A stretch of DNA of 44,305 bases from Pseudomonadota bacterium. GTDB lineage: Bacteria; Pseudomonadota; Alphaproteobacteria; Rhizobiales; CAJQND01. The translations under genes and the position numbers were made by a program. Shown here in pieces: positions 36,412-44,305 of the stretch. The stretch is from assembly GCA_039180225.1 (NCBI GenBank), contig JBCDDQ010000003.1, positions 1 through 44,305 of the forward strand. Reading direction: 5' to 3'. The stretch's first letter is position 1. The number at the start of each line of letters is the position of its first letter. Under the pieces are notes generated by a model. The model did no database searches. It saw only the letters and a list, made by a program, of their open reading frames with translations, and was not told the origin of the DNA.

Positions 36412-37371
36412 TCAATCCTGCAGAAGCGCCCAAACTTCACGATCGCGCTCCATCGTCCAGATGCGCGGCCAATCAATCCCATCGAGTTCGTCCCACAGCC
36501 GTTGGACATTGAAGGGAAGGCAGTGTTCAAAGATCGGCCAGGCCCCGAATTTTGGCTCGAGTACCGCATGGGTCCGCTCGAACGCCTCTTTGAGCGTGCC
36601 GCCAGCGGCATGGACGGGCTTTACATTGTCGATCATGCCATTCAGGAACCCGCGGGTCTGTGCGATCGCGGCATCGACCTCCGCACGGCCCATGGCCACC
36701 GCACCGCGCCCGCCGATCAGAGCCTCGGCCTGATAGGCCTTGACCCTGTCGAGCGTGCCCGACGACCAATCCATGTGGAAGGCATCGCCGGTATAAAGCG
36801 CAGCTTGCGCCTCTACGAGGTCTCCGGCGAAGAGCGTTTTGGTTTCGGGGTGCCACACCACAATGTCTCCCGCCGTATGGCCGCGCCCACAGAAGCTGAG
36901 CTCAAGCCGCCCGCGATTGCCGCCCAGCTCAATAAAGGCCGTATCGCTAAACGTAACATCGGGGTGCGTGAGCCCGGGTATGCCTTCGGGTTCTTTGAAG
37001 AGCCGCGGCATGCGGCCAAACTCGCTGTCCCAATCCTGTTTGCCGCGCTCTTCGATCAGCGTGCGGGTCATTTCCGATGTGATGATGGTTTCGGCATCAA
37101 AGGCGCTCGCACCCAGAACACGAACCGCATGGTAATGCGTTAATACCAGATATTTCACCGGCTTGTCGGTGTGTTCGCGCAGCTTTTTCAGCCAGTCACG
37201 CGCCGTCGTTGGCGTCGCGCGCGCCTCAATGCAAACGAGGAAATCTTCGCCCTCAATGGCGCCAACATTTGGATCGCCCTCTGCCGTGAGCGCATAGACG
37301 CCATCGGCGAGCACCTCCAGAGTTTCTTGTTTCTCGTCAAGGTCAGCAGACGACGCAAACGGTTTGGCCAT
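36412..37371 (-). CDS. MBL-fold metallo-hydrolase with non-canonical motif
   Basis: LTHYHAVRVLG (HxH but not HxHxDH), GRGHTAGD, LFAGDL, GGRG. Confidence 0.88.
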   Translation of the reverse strand: MAKPFASSADLDEKQETLEVLADGVYALTAEGDPNVGAIEGEDFLVCIEARATPTTARDWLKKLREHTDKPVKYLVLTHYHAVRVLGASAFDAETIITSEMTRTLIEERGKQDWDSEFGRMPRLFKEPEGIPGLTHPDVTFSDTAFIELGGNRGRLELSFCGRGHTAGDIVVWHPETKTLFAGDLVEAQAALYTGDAFHMDWSSGTLDRVKAYQAEALIGGRGAVAMGRAEVDAAIAQTRGFLNGMIDNVKPVHAAGGTLKEAFERTHAVLEPKFGAWPIFEHCLPFNVQRLWDELDGIDWPRIWTMERDREVWALLQD

Positions 37372-37413
37372 TGATGTTTCCCCAAAGCAGAGTATGACAC
37401 TGTTTTCATTTGT

Positions 37414-37441
37414 TTGCGAATGTAACCGTTGCGATTGTAAC
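37414..37441. promoter_or_regulatory. Tandem operator candidate for the MarR regulator
   Basis: TTGCGAATGTAAC and TTGCGATTGTAAC, 15 bp apart, each partly palindromic, in the 90-bp divergent gap. Confidence 0.6.
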
Positions 37442-37461
37442 TATCAAGCGAGAAATCCTTC

Positions 37462-37896
37462 ATGACCGACTTCGATCTGGAGAATTTTCTTCCCTATCGG
37501 CTATATCAAGCGGCCGAACGCGCGAGTGAGGGTTTTCACCGTATCTATGGCGAACGCTTTGGACTGTCGCGGACCGAGTGGCGGGTGCTGTTTAACATCG
37601 GCCAATATGGGCCGCTCTCGGCATCGGCACTATCAAAACGGGCAGGCTTTCATAAAACGCAGATTTCGCGTGCGGTCGTGCGTTTGGAAAACAAACGCTG
37701 GGTCGAGCGGGTTGCTGGTCATGATGACCGGCGCACGCATGATCTAACGCTCACCGGCGAGGGGAAGCGCAACTTTCAGGAGCTCACTCAGCTCGCCAAC
37801 GAGTATAGTGCAAGCCTGTTGAGCGATTTCGAGCACGGCGATGCCACCAGCCTTCTCGCGCAGTTGCGTCGAATTGAAGCGTGTATTGCCGAATGA
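37462..37896 (+). CDS. MarR family transcriptional regulator
   Basis: FDLENFLPYRL, LSRTEWRVL, KTQISRAVVRLE, DDRR..LTLTGEG. Confidence 0.93.
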   Translation: MTDFDLENFLPYRLYQAAERASEGFHRIYGERFGLSRTEWRVLFNIGQYGPLSASALSKRAGFHKTQISRAVVRLENKRWVERVAGHDDRRTHDLTLTGEGKRNFQELTQLANEYSASLLSDFEHGDATSLLAQLRRIEACIAE

Positions 37897-38065
37897 GTCG
37901 CCCGACTGGCAATCTGAGCCCCAACCACAGGCCCAACCTCAGGCCGTCATTCGCTGACGAAGAGACACGCGTCAAACTGGTCACAGAAAACCGATTGACC
38001 AGGGAGAATCTATTGCTAACAATCTTCGATATTGAGTGTTGCGGTCACCGGTGGGGGGTGAGTTC

Positions 38066-39874
38066 ATGAGATCCGTACTTCGTATCAGCCTTAGTTTTTC
38101 TCTGCTTTTCTTTGGTTTTCACGCGGCGCACGCCGGTGAGCTGCCGCCGGTTTTGGCGGTGAATGCCGGCGGTTCGAAACCGGTAACGGTAGGTAGCATT
38201 CTCTTTAGCGAAGATGCCTTCGCGAAAGGTGGGCAGAATTTCGTCGTCAGTCGCCGTGGCGACGCCAGTTCTAAAACCCAGTATGGCACTTTGCGCGGCG
38301 GCCCATCGCTCTCCTACGAACTGCCGGTCCTTCCGGGTACGTATACACTTGATCTCATGTTTACGGAGAACTGGCATAATTCCGCGGGCAAACGCGTGTT
38401 TACCGTCGCGGTTGAAGGACGTCCGGCATCAGAAGGCCTGGATGTTTTCAAGCAGGCGGGTGCGCAGGCCAAGCCCCATGTGATTTCGATCCCGAACGTT
38501 GACAGTCGCACCGATGGCGCACCAGACAAGATAAGCATTCAACTTACAAAGGTTATCGATAATGCGGTCGTAAGCGGTATCGTCGTCAGGTGTGCTGAAA
38601 CAAATCTTGAGTGCAGGAATAGGCAGCTTGCGGTGGTCGCGCAGCGCGAAGATGAAGAGCAAGCCCGGGCCCGTGCGGAGCAACGTCGCAAAGAGGCTGA
38701 AGCACTTGCCAATCTCAAACCGACCACTGGACTTTATAAGCTTTCATTCAGTCAAAAGCTTCAAGGGGCCCGGAACGTCGTTTCAAGTCTCTATACAACG
38801 CTGATTGCGGAATTAAGTACGAATGAGGACGGGGCAGTCGTCCACATCCGTCAAAAAGAGGTGTCTTATGATAATCGCATAAGCGCGCTTGCGGGGGGCG
38901 GAAGGGGCCTGAGTTGTGTTATCTACTTCTCTGCCGCCGAGCGCTTTGAGGATATGGAATATCAGGGGGATACCTGCGGCGACGCTAGCGGTCCGTTTGC
39001 AATGACAGTTCAAGACGATGGGAAGCCAAGGGTGACCGGCCGCTTCTACGGGTCGGACAAAATTATGAACCTTCAAGGCCCCTTCGCTTTGCCCGGCCTT
39101 CCTTACTCAATCCCGCCAAAGGATGCTCCTGATTTTAAGGGTATCACGCTTTCGAACGATCTGGCGGGTATGAAAAAACAGATTGAAGCCAAACTCTATG
39201 GGGGTGCATCATCTGCTGACTGGGAGATCGAAGCCGTTAAGGACGGCCGTGTCGTCCACCGCCTCAGCAGTCCGGTTGCCGAAGCGGGGGCGCGGCCCGA
39301 GGATACCTTTGAAATTCACACCGCTGGTGAGGGGGCCGACGCCCATGTTTGGGGTCTTCGGCGGCTTTGGTATCCTGCGGTGGAAAAACGGCCTTTGCGC
39401 GAAAAATTCTACTCCGCGATCAAGGCGAAATATGGGGAGCCGTCAGGCGTTTATCAGCGCTCATCTAAATTCGCATACGCAGTCCGTGGCCTCGCATGGT
39501 CTTATGATGAGGCGGGACTCCTCGGTGATCAGCGGCAGGTTCATATTTGCGGATTTCCGTCTGCTCGTCGCAAGCCCAAAAAACCCGTTCGCGCCATCTT
39601 CGTTTTGCCCGGATGGTTGAAAACAGAACCTGTCCCCGTGGTTTCACGCGATGGCTGCGGCTATCAGATGATCGTTGAGGACAGATATACCCGCACGGGG
39701 GAAACAGTGTACGTCGCTTTCAGCTATTTTGATCCCAAGGTGGCGGTCATAACGGCTTGGGAACGCGCGTTGGCCGATCATAAGACAATGCTCGGTCGGC
39801 AGGATTTGCGTGCAGCGGCTTTGGAGAAAAAGACCAAGGTCGAGGCGCGCGAAGAAGCCGACGTCGATTTGTAA
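38066..39874 (+). CDS. Secreted protein with N-terminal malectin domain, coiled-coil and unknown C-terminal region
   Basis: Signal peptide ending AHA; AVNAGG, YGTLRGG..LSYELPV.PGTYTLDLMFTE..GKRVFTVAVEG..LDVFKQAG..AVVSGIVV; charged helix EDEEQARARAEQRRKEAE. Confidence 0.78.
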   Translation: MRSVLRISLSFSLLFFGFHAAHAGELPPVLAVNAGGSKPVTVGSILFSEDAFAKGGQNFVVSRRGDASSKTQYGTLRGGPSLSYELPVLPGTYTLDLMFTENWHNSAGKRVFTVAVEGRPASEGLDVFKQAGAQAKPHVISIPNVDSRTDGAPDKISIQLTKVIDNAVVSGIVVRCAETNLECRNRQLAVVAQREDEEQARARAEQRRKEAEALANLKPTTGLYKLSFSQKLQGARNVVSSLYTTLIAELSTNEDGAVVHIRQKEVSYDNRISALAGGGRGLSCVIYFSAAERFEDMEYQGDTCGDASGPFAMTVQDDGKPRVTGRFYGSDKIMNLQGPFALPGLPYSIPPKDAPDFKGITLSNDLAGMKKQIEAKLYGGASSADWEIEAVKDGRVVHRLSSPVAEAGARPEDTFEIHTAGEGADAHVWGLRRLWYPAVEKRPLREKFYSAIKAKYGEPSGVYQRSSKFAYAVRGLAWSYDEAGLLGDQRQVHICGFPSARRKPKKPVRAIFVLPGWLKTEPVPVVSRDGCGYQMIVEDRYTRTGETVYVAFSYFDPKVAVITAWERALADHKTMLGRQDLRAAALEKKTKVEAREEADVDL

Positions 39875-39898
39875 AAGCTCTCCGCATGTAAGGTGGTG

Positions 39899-41602
39899 TT
39901 ACGCCGTCTTTTGTTGCTCAAGGTCGAGCGCTTCGCTCATTAAGCGGCGCATCTCGACCTTGCGGGCTTTGCCGGTTACGGTCATCGGGAAACTGTCCAC
40001 AAAGCGGACATACCGCGGGATTTTGAAGTGCGCGATCTTGCCCTTGAAGTAGGCTTTGATTTCAGCCTCGGTTGTATGCTGGCCCGGTTTCAGGATGATC
40101 CAGGCGCATAATTCCTCGCCGTATTTGTCGTCGGGAACCCCAAAAACCTGAACATCCTGCACAGCGGGATGTGTGAACAACGCCTCTTCGATCTCACGTG
40201 GGAACAGATTTTCGCCACCGCGGATGACCATGTCTTTCACCCGCCCAGTAATGTTGCCATAGCCCGCCTCATCAATCACGCCGAGGTCGCCGGTGCACAT
40301 CCAGCCATCTTCGGTGATGGCTTCGGCGGTGCGTTCAGGGTCGTTCCAATAGCCGATCATCACGCAATAGCCGCGGGTGCGAAACTCACCCTGAGTGCCA
40401 CAGGGTAACGGATTGCCCTGTTCGTCCGCGACCATGACTTCAGCATGCGGGTGAACCGTACCCACGGTTGAAACGCGCCGCTCAAGCGGGTCATCGGGAC
40501 CCGTTTGCCAACTGAGCGGCGAGGTTTCGGTCATGCCATAGCCGATTGTGATATCCACCATGTTCATGTCCGAAACGACGCGATGCATAACGGCGACAGG
40601 GCAGGGGGCACCCGCCATAACGCCGGTTCGGAGCGTCGAGACGTCGTAATCACCTCGATCAAGCGCTTCGAGCACGCCGACGAACATGGTGGGCACACCG
40701 TGCAGCCCAGTGCAGCGCTCTCGTTCAACCGCTGTGAGCGTGGCATGAGCATCGAAGGCTTCGGACGGATAGATTGTCGCCGTGCCCCGCAGCAGGTTGG
40801 TTAGATTGCCGATCACCATGCCAAAACAATGATACAGCGGCACCGGCACACACATGCGGTCCCTCTCGGTCAGCCGCATCCGTTCGCCGGTGAAAAGCGC
40901 GTTGTTGAGGATGTTATGGTGCGAGAGCGTCGCACCTTTGGGGGAACCCGTCGTGCCGCTGGTGAATTGGATATTAATCGGATCTTCGGGTTTGATTTCT
41001 GCCGTGATCGCGTTCAGCTTTGCCGTCTCATCCGCACCGCCCATCATGGCAACGTCATCATAGCGATAACAGCCGCGGTGGGTGTCGTCCCCGATCGTAA
41101 TGATGCTCGAGAGTGACGGAAGCTTTTCGGACTTCAGCTTGCCGGGCTCGGCTTTTGGAAGCTCCGGCGCAAGTTCGCAGAGCATGGCGATATAGTCACT
41201 GGTCTTAAAGCGTGTCGCGGTCAGCAGCGCCTTACAGCCGACCTTATTGATCGCATATTCAAGCTCTGATGTTCGGTAGGCCGGATTTATATTGACGAGG
41301 ATAAGCCCGGCCTTTGCGGTCGCATATTGAACGGCGGCCCACTCGACACAATTGGGCGCCCATATACCAACGCGGTCACCGGGTGCCAGGCCAAGTGCCA
41401 GAAATCCGCAGGCCAACTGATCGGTTTTCGTCGCCAGTTCACGAAAGCTGAGGCGAATATCTTGATGCACCGACACGATTGCATCCTGGTCGCCGAATTG
41501 GACTGCGGCATCGTTTACCGCTTGACCAATGGTTTTGTTGACGAGCGGCGTATCTGTCGGCCCCATGAGATGCGCCAGTTTCACAGTTTTTGCATCGGTC
41601 AT
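39899..41602 (-). CDS. AMP-binding acyl-CoA synthetase
   Basis: FTSGTTGSPKG, PLYHCFG, GYGMTETSP, TGDLG, GRVKDMVIRGGEN, PMTVTGK. Start placed at ATG 41602. Confidence 0.94.
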   Translation of the reverse strand: MTDAKTVKLAHLMGPTDTPLVNKTIGQAVNDAAVQFGDQDAIVSVHQDIRLSFRELATKTDQLACGFLALGLAPGDRVGIWAPNCVEWAAVQYATAKAGLILVNINPAYRTSELEYAINKVGCKALLTATRFKTSDYIAMLCELAPELPKAEPGKLKSEKLPSLSSIITIGDDTHRGCYRYDDVAMMGGADETAKLNAITAEIKPEDPINIQFTSGTTGSPKGATLSHHNILNNALFTGERMRLTERDRMCVPVPLYHCFGMVIGNLTNLLRGTATIYPSEAFDAHATLTAVERERCTGLHGVPTMFVGVLEALDRGDYDVSTLRTGVMAGAPCPVAVMHRVVSDMNMVDITIGYGMTETSPLSWQTGPDDPLERRVSTVGTVHPHAEVMVADEQGNPLPCGTQGEFRTRGYCVMIGYWNDPERTAEAITEDGWMCTGDLGVIDEAGYGNITGRVKDMVIRGGENLFPREIEEALFTHPAVQDVQVFGVPDDKYGEELCAWIILKPGQHTTEAEIKAYFKGKIAHFKIPRYVRFVDSFPMTVTGKARKVEMRRLMSEALDLEQQKTA

Positions 41603-41640
41603 ATAAGCCGCACTCTTTCTTTCGTTCTCGTTTGATATGA

Positions 41641-42189
41641 TTATGGCCTGATTACAACGGTTTTGCCATCCCAATTATCCGCCACCTGCTTGACGCCCGC
41701 AAACAGTTCTTCCACCGGCGGGCCGCTTTCGATCACTTCAATCATACCGCCAAGATGGGGCATTGCGTCGATATAGGCGAAGCGCAATCCACCGACTGGC
41801 ACAACTTTGCCATCAAACGCGACCGCGTGGCCCAGTGTTTTATGCTTCGCCATGACATCATCAAAGCGTTCGGTCGCAATCGCCCAATGGTGGAAACGAC
41901 CTTCGCGCGTTGGTGCCCCGTCCTCGCGATAGACCGAGGGTACTTCATTATGCTGAAAGATTAACTCGAAACACATACTGCCTGAGTAGGCGAGCGCGAT
42001 GGAGAGATCGATATCGGTTGGCGTGCCACGATAATGCATGTCTTCTGCGGGGAAATGGGGCATGATTATCCAAGGGCCGATGCCGAGGGCATCGACCCAA
42101 TGCTGGGCTGCTTTTTCGAGATCATCCACAACATAGGCGACCTGCATAATACTGCCAAGTGGCTGGCCATAGTCCATCATTCGCGACAT
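41641..42189 (-). CDS. VOC/glyoxalase family protein (methylmalonyl-CoA epimerase-like)
   Basis: MQVAYVVDDLEKA...LGIGPW, FELI, FHHWAI, FAYIDA...MIEVIE. Confidence 0.85.
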   Translation of the reverse strand: MSRMMDYGQPLGSIMQVAYVVDDLEKAAQHWVDALGIGPWIIMPHFPAEDMHYRGTPTDIDLSIALAYSGSMCFELIFQHNEVPSVYREDGAPTREGRFHHWAIATERFDDVMAKHKTLGHAVAFDGKVVPVGGLRFAYIDAMPHLGGMIEVIESGPPVEELFAGVKQVADNWDGKTVVIRP

Positions 42190-42199
42190 GGCGTCGTCC

Positions 42200-42676
42200 T
42201 TATTGATGGACGTGGTCGACAACGCCATGCTCGGTCGCCATCTGGATCATCGTCTTTCCATCAAGAATGCCCGCAACGCTGCCGTCGTCGTTCAGGCCAG
42301 CAAGCGGGCCGGAAAACACGGTGAACAATATACAGCCATTGTAGGAGATCGGCTGATGGATATCGCCCGCCGGCTCATACATATAATCACCAGGCTGACC
42401 GATATCAGCGTCTTCGTAGCAGATGTCACCTTCCATCACGATGATCTCGATCCCGCCGAGATGCTGATGAATGGGAGCTTCGACGCCCGCCTCGACCTTG
42501 AGCATGCAGGTGAAGCCGCCGGTCCGCTTGTCGACGCTCAGCAGTTTATAATGCACCCCTACCATCACCCAGGGCTTCCAGGGGATGTTCCCAAGTTTTT
42601 GAAATTTGGGGTAGGGCTTGGTGATCATATCCTTCGCGGTCGGGGTCGCTTCTTCAGTTTTTAGAACGGTAGCCAT
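42200..42676 (-). CDS. Cupin, 2,4'-dihydroxyacetophenone dioxygenase / ChrR-like
   Basis: IPWKPW, YKLLSVD..GG, PIHQHLGGIE, GDYMYEPAGDIH, GPL..L.DDG. Confidence 0.75.
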   Translation of the reverse strand: MATVLKTEEATPTAKDMITKPYPKFQKLGNIPWKPWVMVGVHYKLLSVDKRTGGFTCMLKVEAGVEAPIHQHLGGIEIIVMEGDICYEDADIGQPGDYMYEPAGDIHQPISYNGCILFTVFSGPLAGLNDDGSVAGILDGKTMIQMATEHGVVDHVHQ

Positions 42677-42689
42677 TCGTCGTCTCCTG

Positions 42690-43475
42690 TCAGTTTTTTA
42701 GGGTGAAACCACCGTCAATCACGAGTGATTGGCCGGTGATGTAGCGCGCCTCATCCGAGGCAAGAAAAAGCACCGCATTGGCGATATCGTCTGGCTCCTG
42801 AAAGGCGCGCAAGGGAATACTCTCCAGAAAGGCATTGGCGAAGTCTTCTTTGCCGACGCCCTGCGCTTCGGCCATGCGGTCAAACAGGCCTTCCAGCATC
42901 GGGGTGCGGATCTGGCCGGGGTGAACCGAATTACAGCGGATTTGGTATCCGGCCTCAGCCGCATGGAGAGCGACCGATTTGCTGTAATGCTCAACCGCGG
43001 CTTTCGATGCGCCATAGGCGGCAATGAAGGGCGTCGGCACGCAAGAGGCAACCGATGAAATATTGACGATGGCCCCACCGCCGGTCCTGGTGATCAAATC
43101 CATAGCCGCCTTGCACCCTAGAAATACGCCGGTTGCATTCACTTTGAAAATCAGGTCCCAGTCGGCCTTTGGTGCACCCTCCGGGTCTTTCGCCGCAAGC
43201 GGGTCGCCTTCAGTGCCTGCATTGTTGACGAGTATGTCGAGGCGACCGGTTTCGCTTTCGATTGTTTCGATAACATTTTGCCAGTTTGCTTCATCGGCGA
43301 CATCAAGGTGTACGAACGTAGCGCGATGTTTGTTGGCGATACCCTCGCCTTGTGCAGCGTTGATATCGGCGAGGAAAACATGAGCCCCTTCCTCAGCGAA
43401 CCGGCCAGCAATTGCAGCCCCCAACCCCTGTGCCGCACCTGTTACCAAAACCGCTCTATCCATGAACCTGTTCAT
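42690..43475 (-). CDS. SDR oxidoreductase (hydroxysteroid/cyclopentanol dehydrogenase-like)
   Basis: TGAAQGLG, NNAG, NISS, YGASK, IRCNSVHPG, ITGQ..IDGG. Confidence 0.92.
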   Translation of the reverse strand: MNRFMDRAVLVTGAAQGLGAAIAGRFAEEGAHVFLADINAAQGEGIANKHRATFVHLDVADEANWQNVIETIESETGRLDILVNNAGTEGDPLAAKDPEGAPKADWDLIFKVNATGVFLGCKAAMDLITRTGGGAIVNISSVASCVPTPFIAAYGASKAAVEHYSKSVALHAAEAGYQIRCNSVHPGQIRTPMLEGLFDRMAEAQGVGKEDFANAFLESIPLRAFQEPDDIANAVLFLASDEARYITGQSLVIDGGFTLKN

Positions 43476-43482
43476 AAGACCC

Positions 43483-44274
43483 TCACGAAAAATGAGCGGG
43501 CGGGGGCCCCGCAAGCTGAGCCCCATCCACCGCAATCGCGGAGCCGCTGATCATCGCCGCCTTGTCGGAGGCGAGAAAGACAATCGTATTTGCAACATCC
43601 TGCGGGGTTGCGACCCGCTTCATGGGGACGAGCGGTGCCATGCCCGACACGAGTTCAGCACGGCTTACACCCGCCATTTCCGCGACGGGGTCGAGCATTT
43701 CGCTGTCCACATAGGTTGGGTGTACCGACATGCAGCGGATGGGATAGCCCTGTTCCGCGCAATGCAGCGCGACCGACTTGGTGAGCGTCGTCACCCCTCC
43801 CTTTGAACCACAATAGGCGGCGATATCCGAAACGCCGATCAGCCCGCCGATCGACGACATATTGATGATCGCGCCCGCACCACCCGATTTGTGGATCGCC
43901 TTGATACCGTGTTTGCAGCCGAGCATAACACCCGTCAGATTCACAGCGATCATCGCATTCCAATCGTCGAGCGTAACATCTTCAATGGTTCCGCCGCGAC
44001 CAATCCCGGCGATATTCCCAACGATATCGAGCCTGCCGAAATGGCGAATGGTTTCCTCGGTGACAGCGGTCCAATCGTCTTCCGCCGAAACATCCATTTG
44101 GAATGCCATGGCGGCCTCACCAATTTGGGTGGCTGTACGCCTTGCGCCTTCCTCATTGATATCAGCGATCACAACTTTCGCGCCCGCCTCGACCATCGCC
44201 AATGCAGTGGCGCGCCCGATCCCGGATGCACCACCCGTTATAATTGCAACCTTTTGGTCAAGGTCGCCAGGCAT
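43483..44274 (-). CDS. SDR oxidoreductase (hydroxysteroid/cyclopentanol dehydrogenase-like)
   Basis: TGGASGIG, NIAGI, NMSS, YCGSK, KSVALHCA, SVHPT, ISGS..VDG. Confidence 0.92.
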   Translation of the reverse strand: MPGDLDQKVAIITGGASGIGRATALAMVEAGAKVVIADINEEGARRTATQIGEAAMAFQMDVSAEDDWTAVTEETIRHFGRLDIVGNIAGIGRGGTIEDVTLDDWNAMIAVNLTGVMLGCKHGIKAIHKSGGAGAIINMSSIGGLIGVSDIAAYCGSKGGVTTLTKSVALHCAEQGYPIRCMSVHPTYVDSEMLDPVAEMAGVSRAELVSGMAPLVPMKRVATPQDVANTIVFLASDKAAMISGSAIAVDGAQLAGPPPAHFS

Positions 44275-44305
44275 ACTTAAAATCTCACCCGGACTTCGCC
44301 ACCGA

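Noticed and set aside
36408-36611. N-terminal extensions given by the ORF track (monooxygenase; likewise modC, modB, hpnH, acyl-CoA ligase, SDR 42690)
   Set aside because: They overlap upstream genes or lack family similarity; downstream starts fit the operon spacing better.

Overview
Alphaproteobacterial DNA that appears to be at least two joined segments, with a sharp break at 27952/27953 where two truncated reading frames meet. The left segment (1-27952, Hyphomicrobiales/Rhizobiales-like gene content) holds: catabolic genes (old-yellow-enzyme fragment, maleate isomerase/racemase, ALDH, alpha/beta hydrolase, triple-domain Rid protein); a polybasic lytic transglycosylase; a combined modE-modABC-tupBCA molybdate/tungstate uptake cluster with a ModE box; hopanoid genes (hpnH, hpnN, broken hpnO) interrupted by a DUF1127 small protein with a cuckoo-like 3' RNA; a PadR-RND efflux operon; an L,D-transpeptidase; and a peptide ABC transporter whose ATPase carries a histone-H1-like linker plus an HhH/H3TH domain. 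The right segment holds: a 1348-aa lipoprotein (Ig + 4 PKD + DUF1800) paired with a Tat-exported DUF1501 protein; a MarR / MBL-fold / FAD monooxygenase / DUF2783 module; a secreted malectin-domain protein; and an SDR-SDR-cupin-VOC-acyl-CoA ligase operon. The best candidate for an undescribed system is the stalked DUF1800-DUF1501 pair, followed by the ABC ATPase-HhH fusion and the DUF1127/cuckoo-like RNA. I saw no rRNA, tRNA, CRISPR array or transposase. Family calls come from motif recognition by eye, not from database searches.
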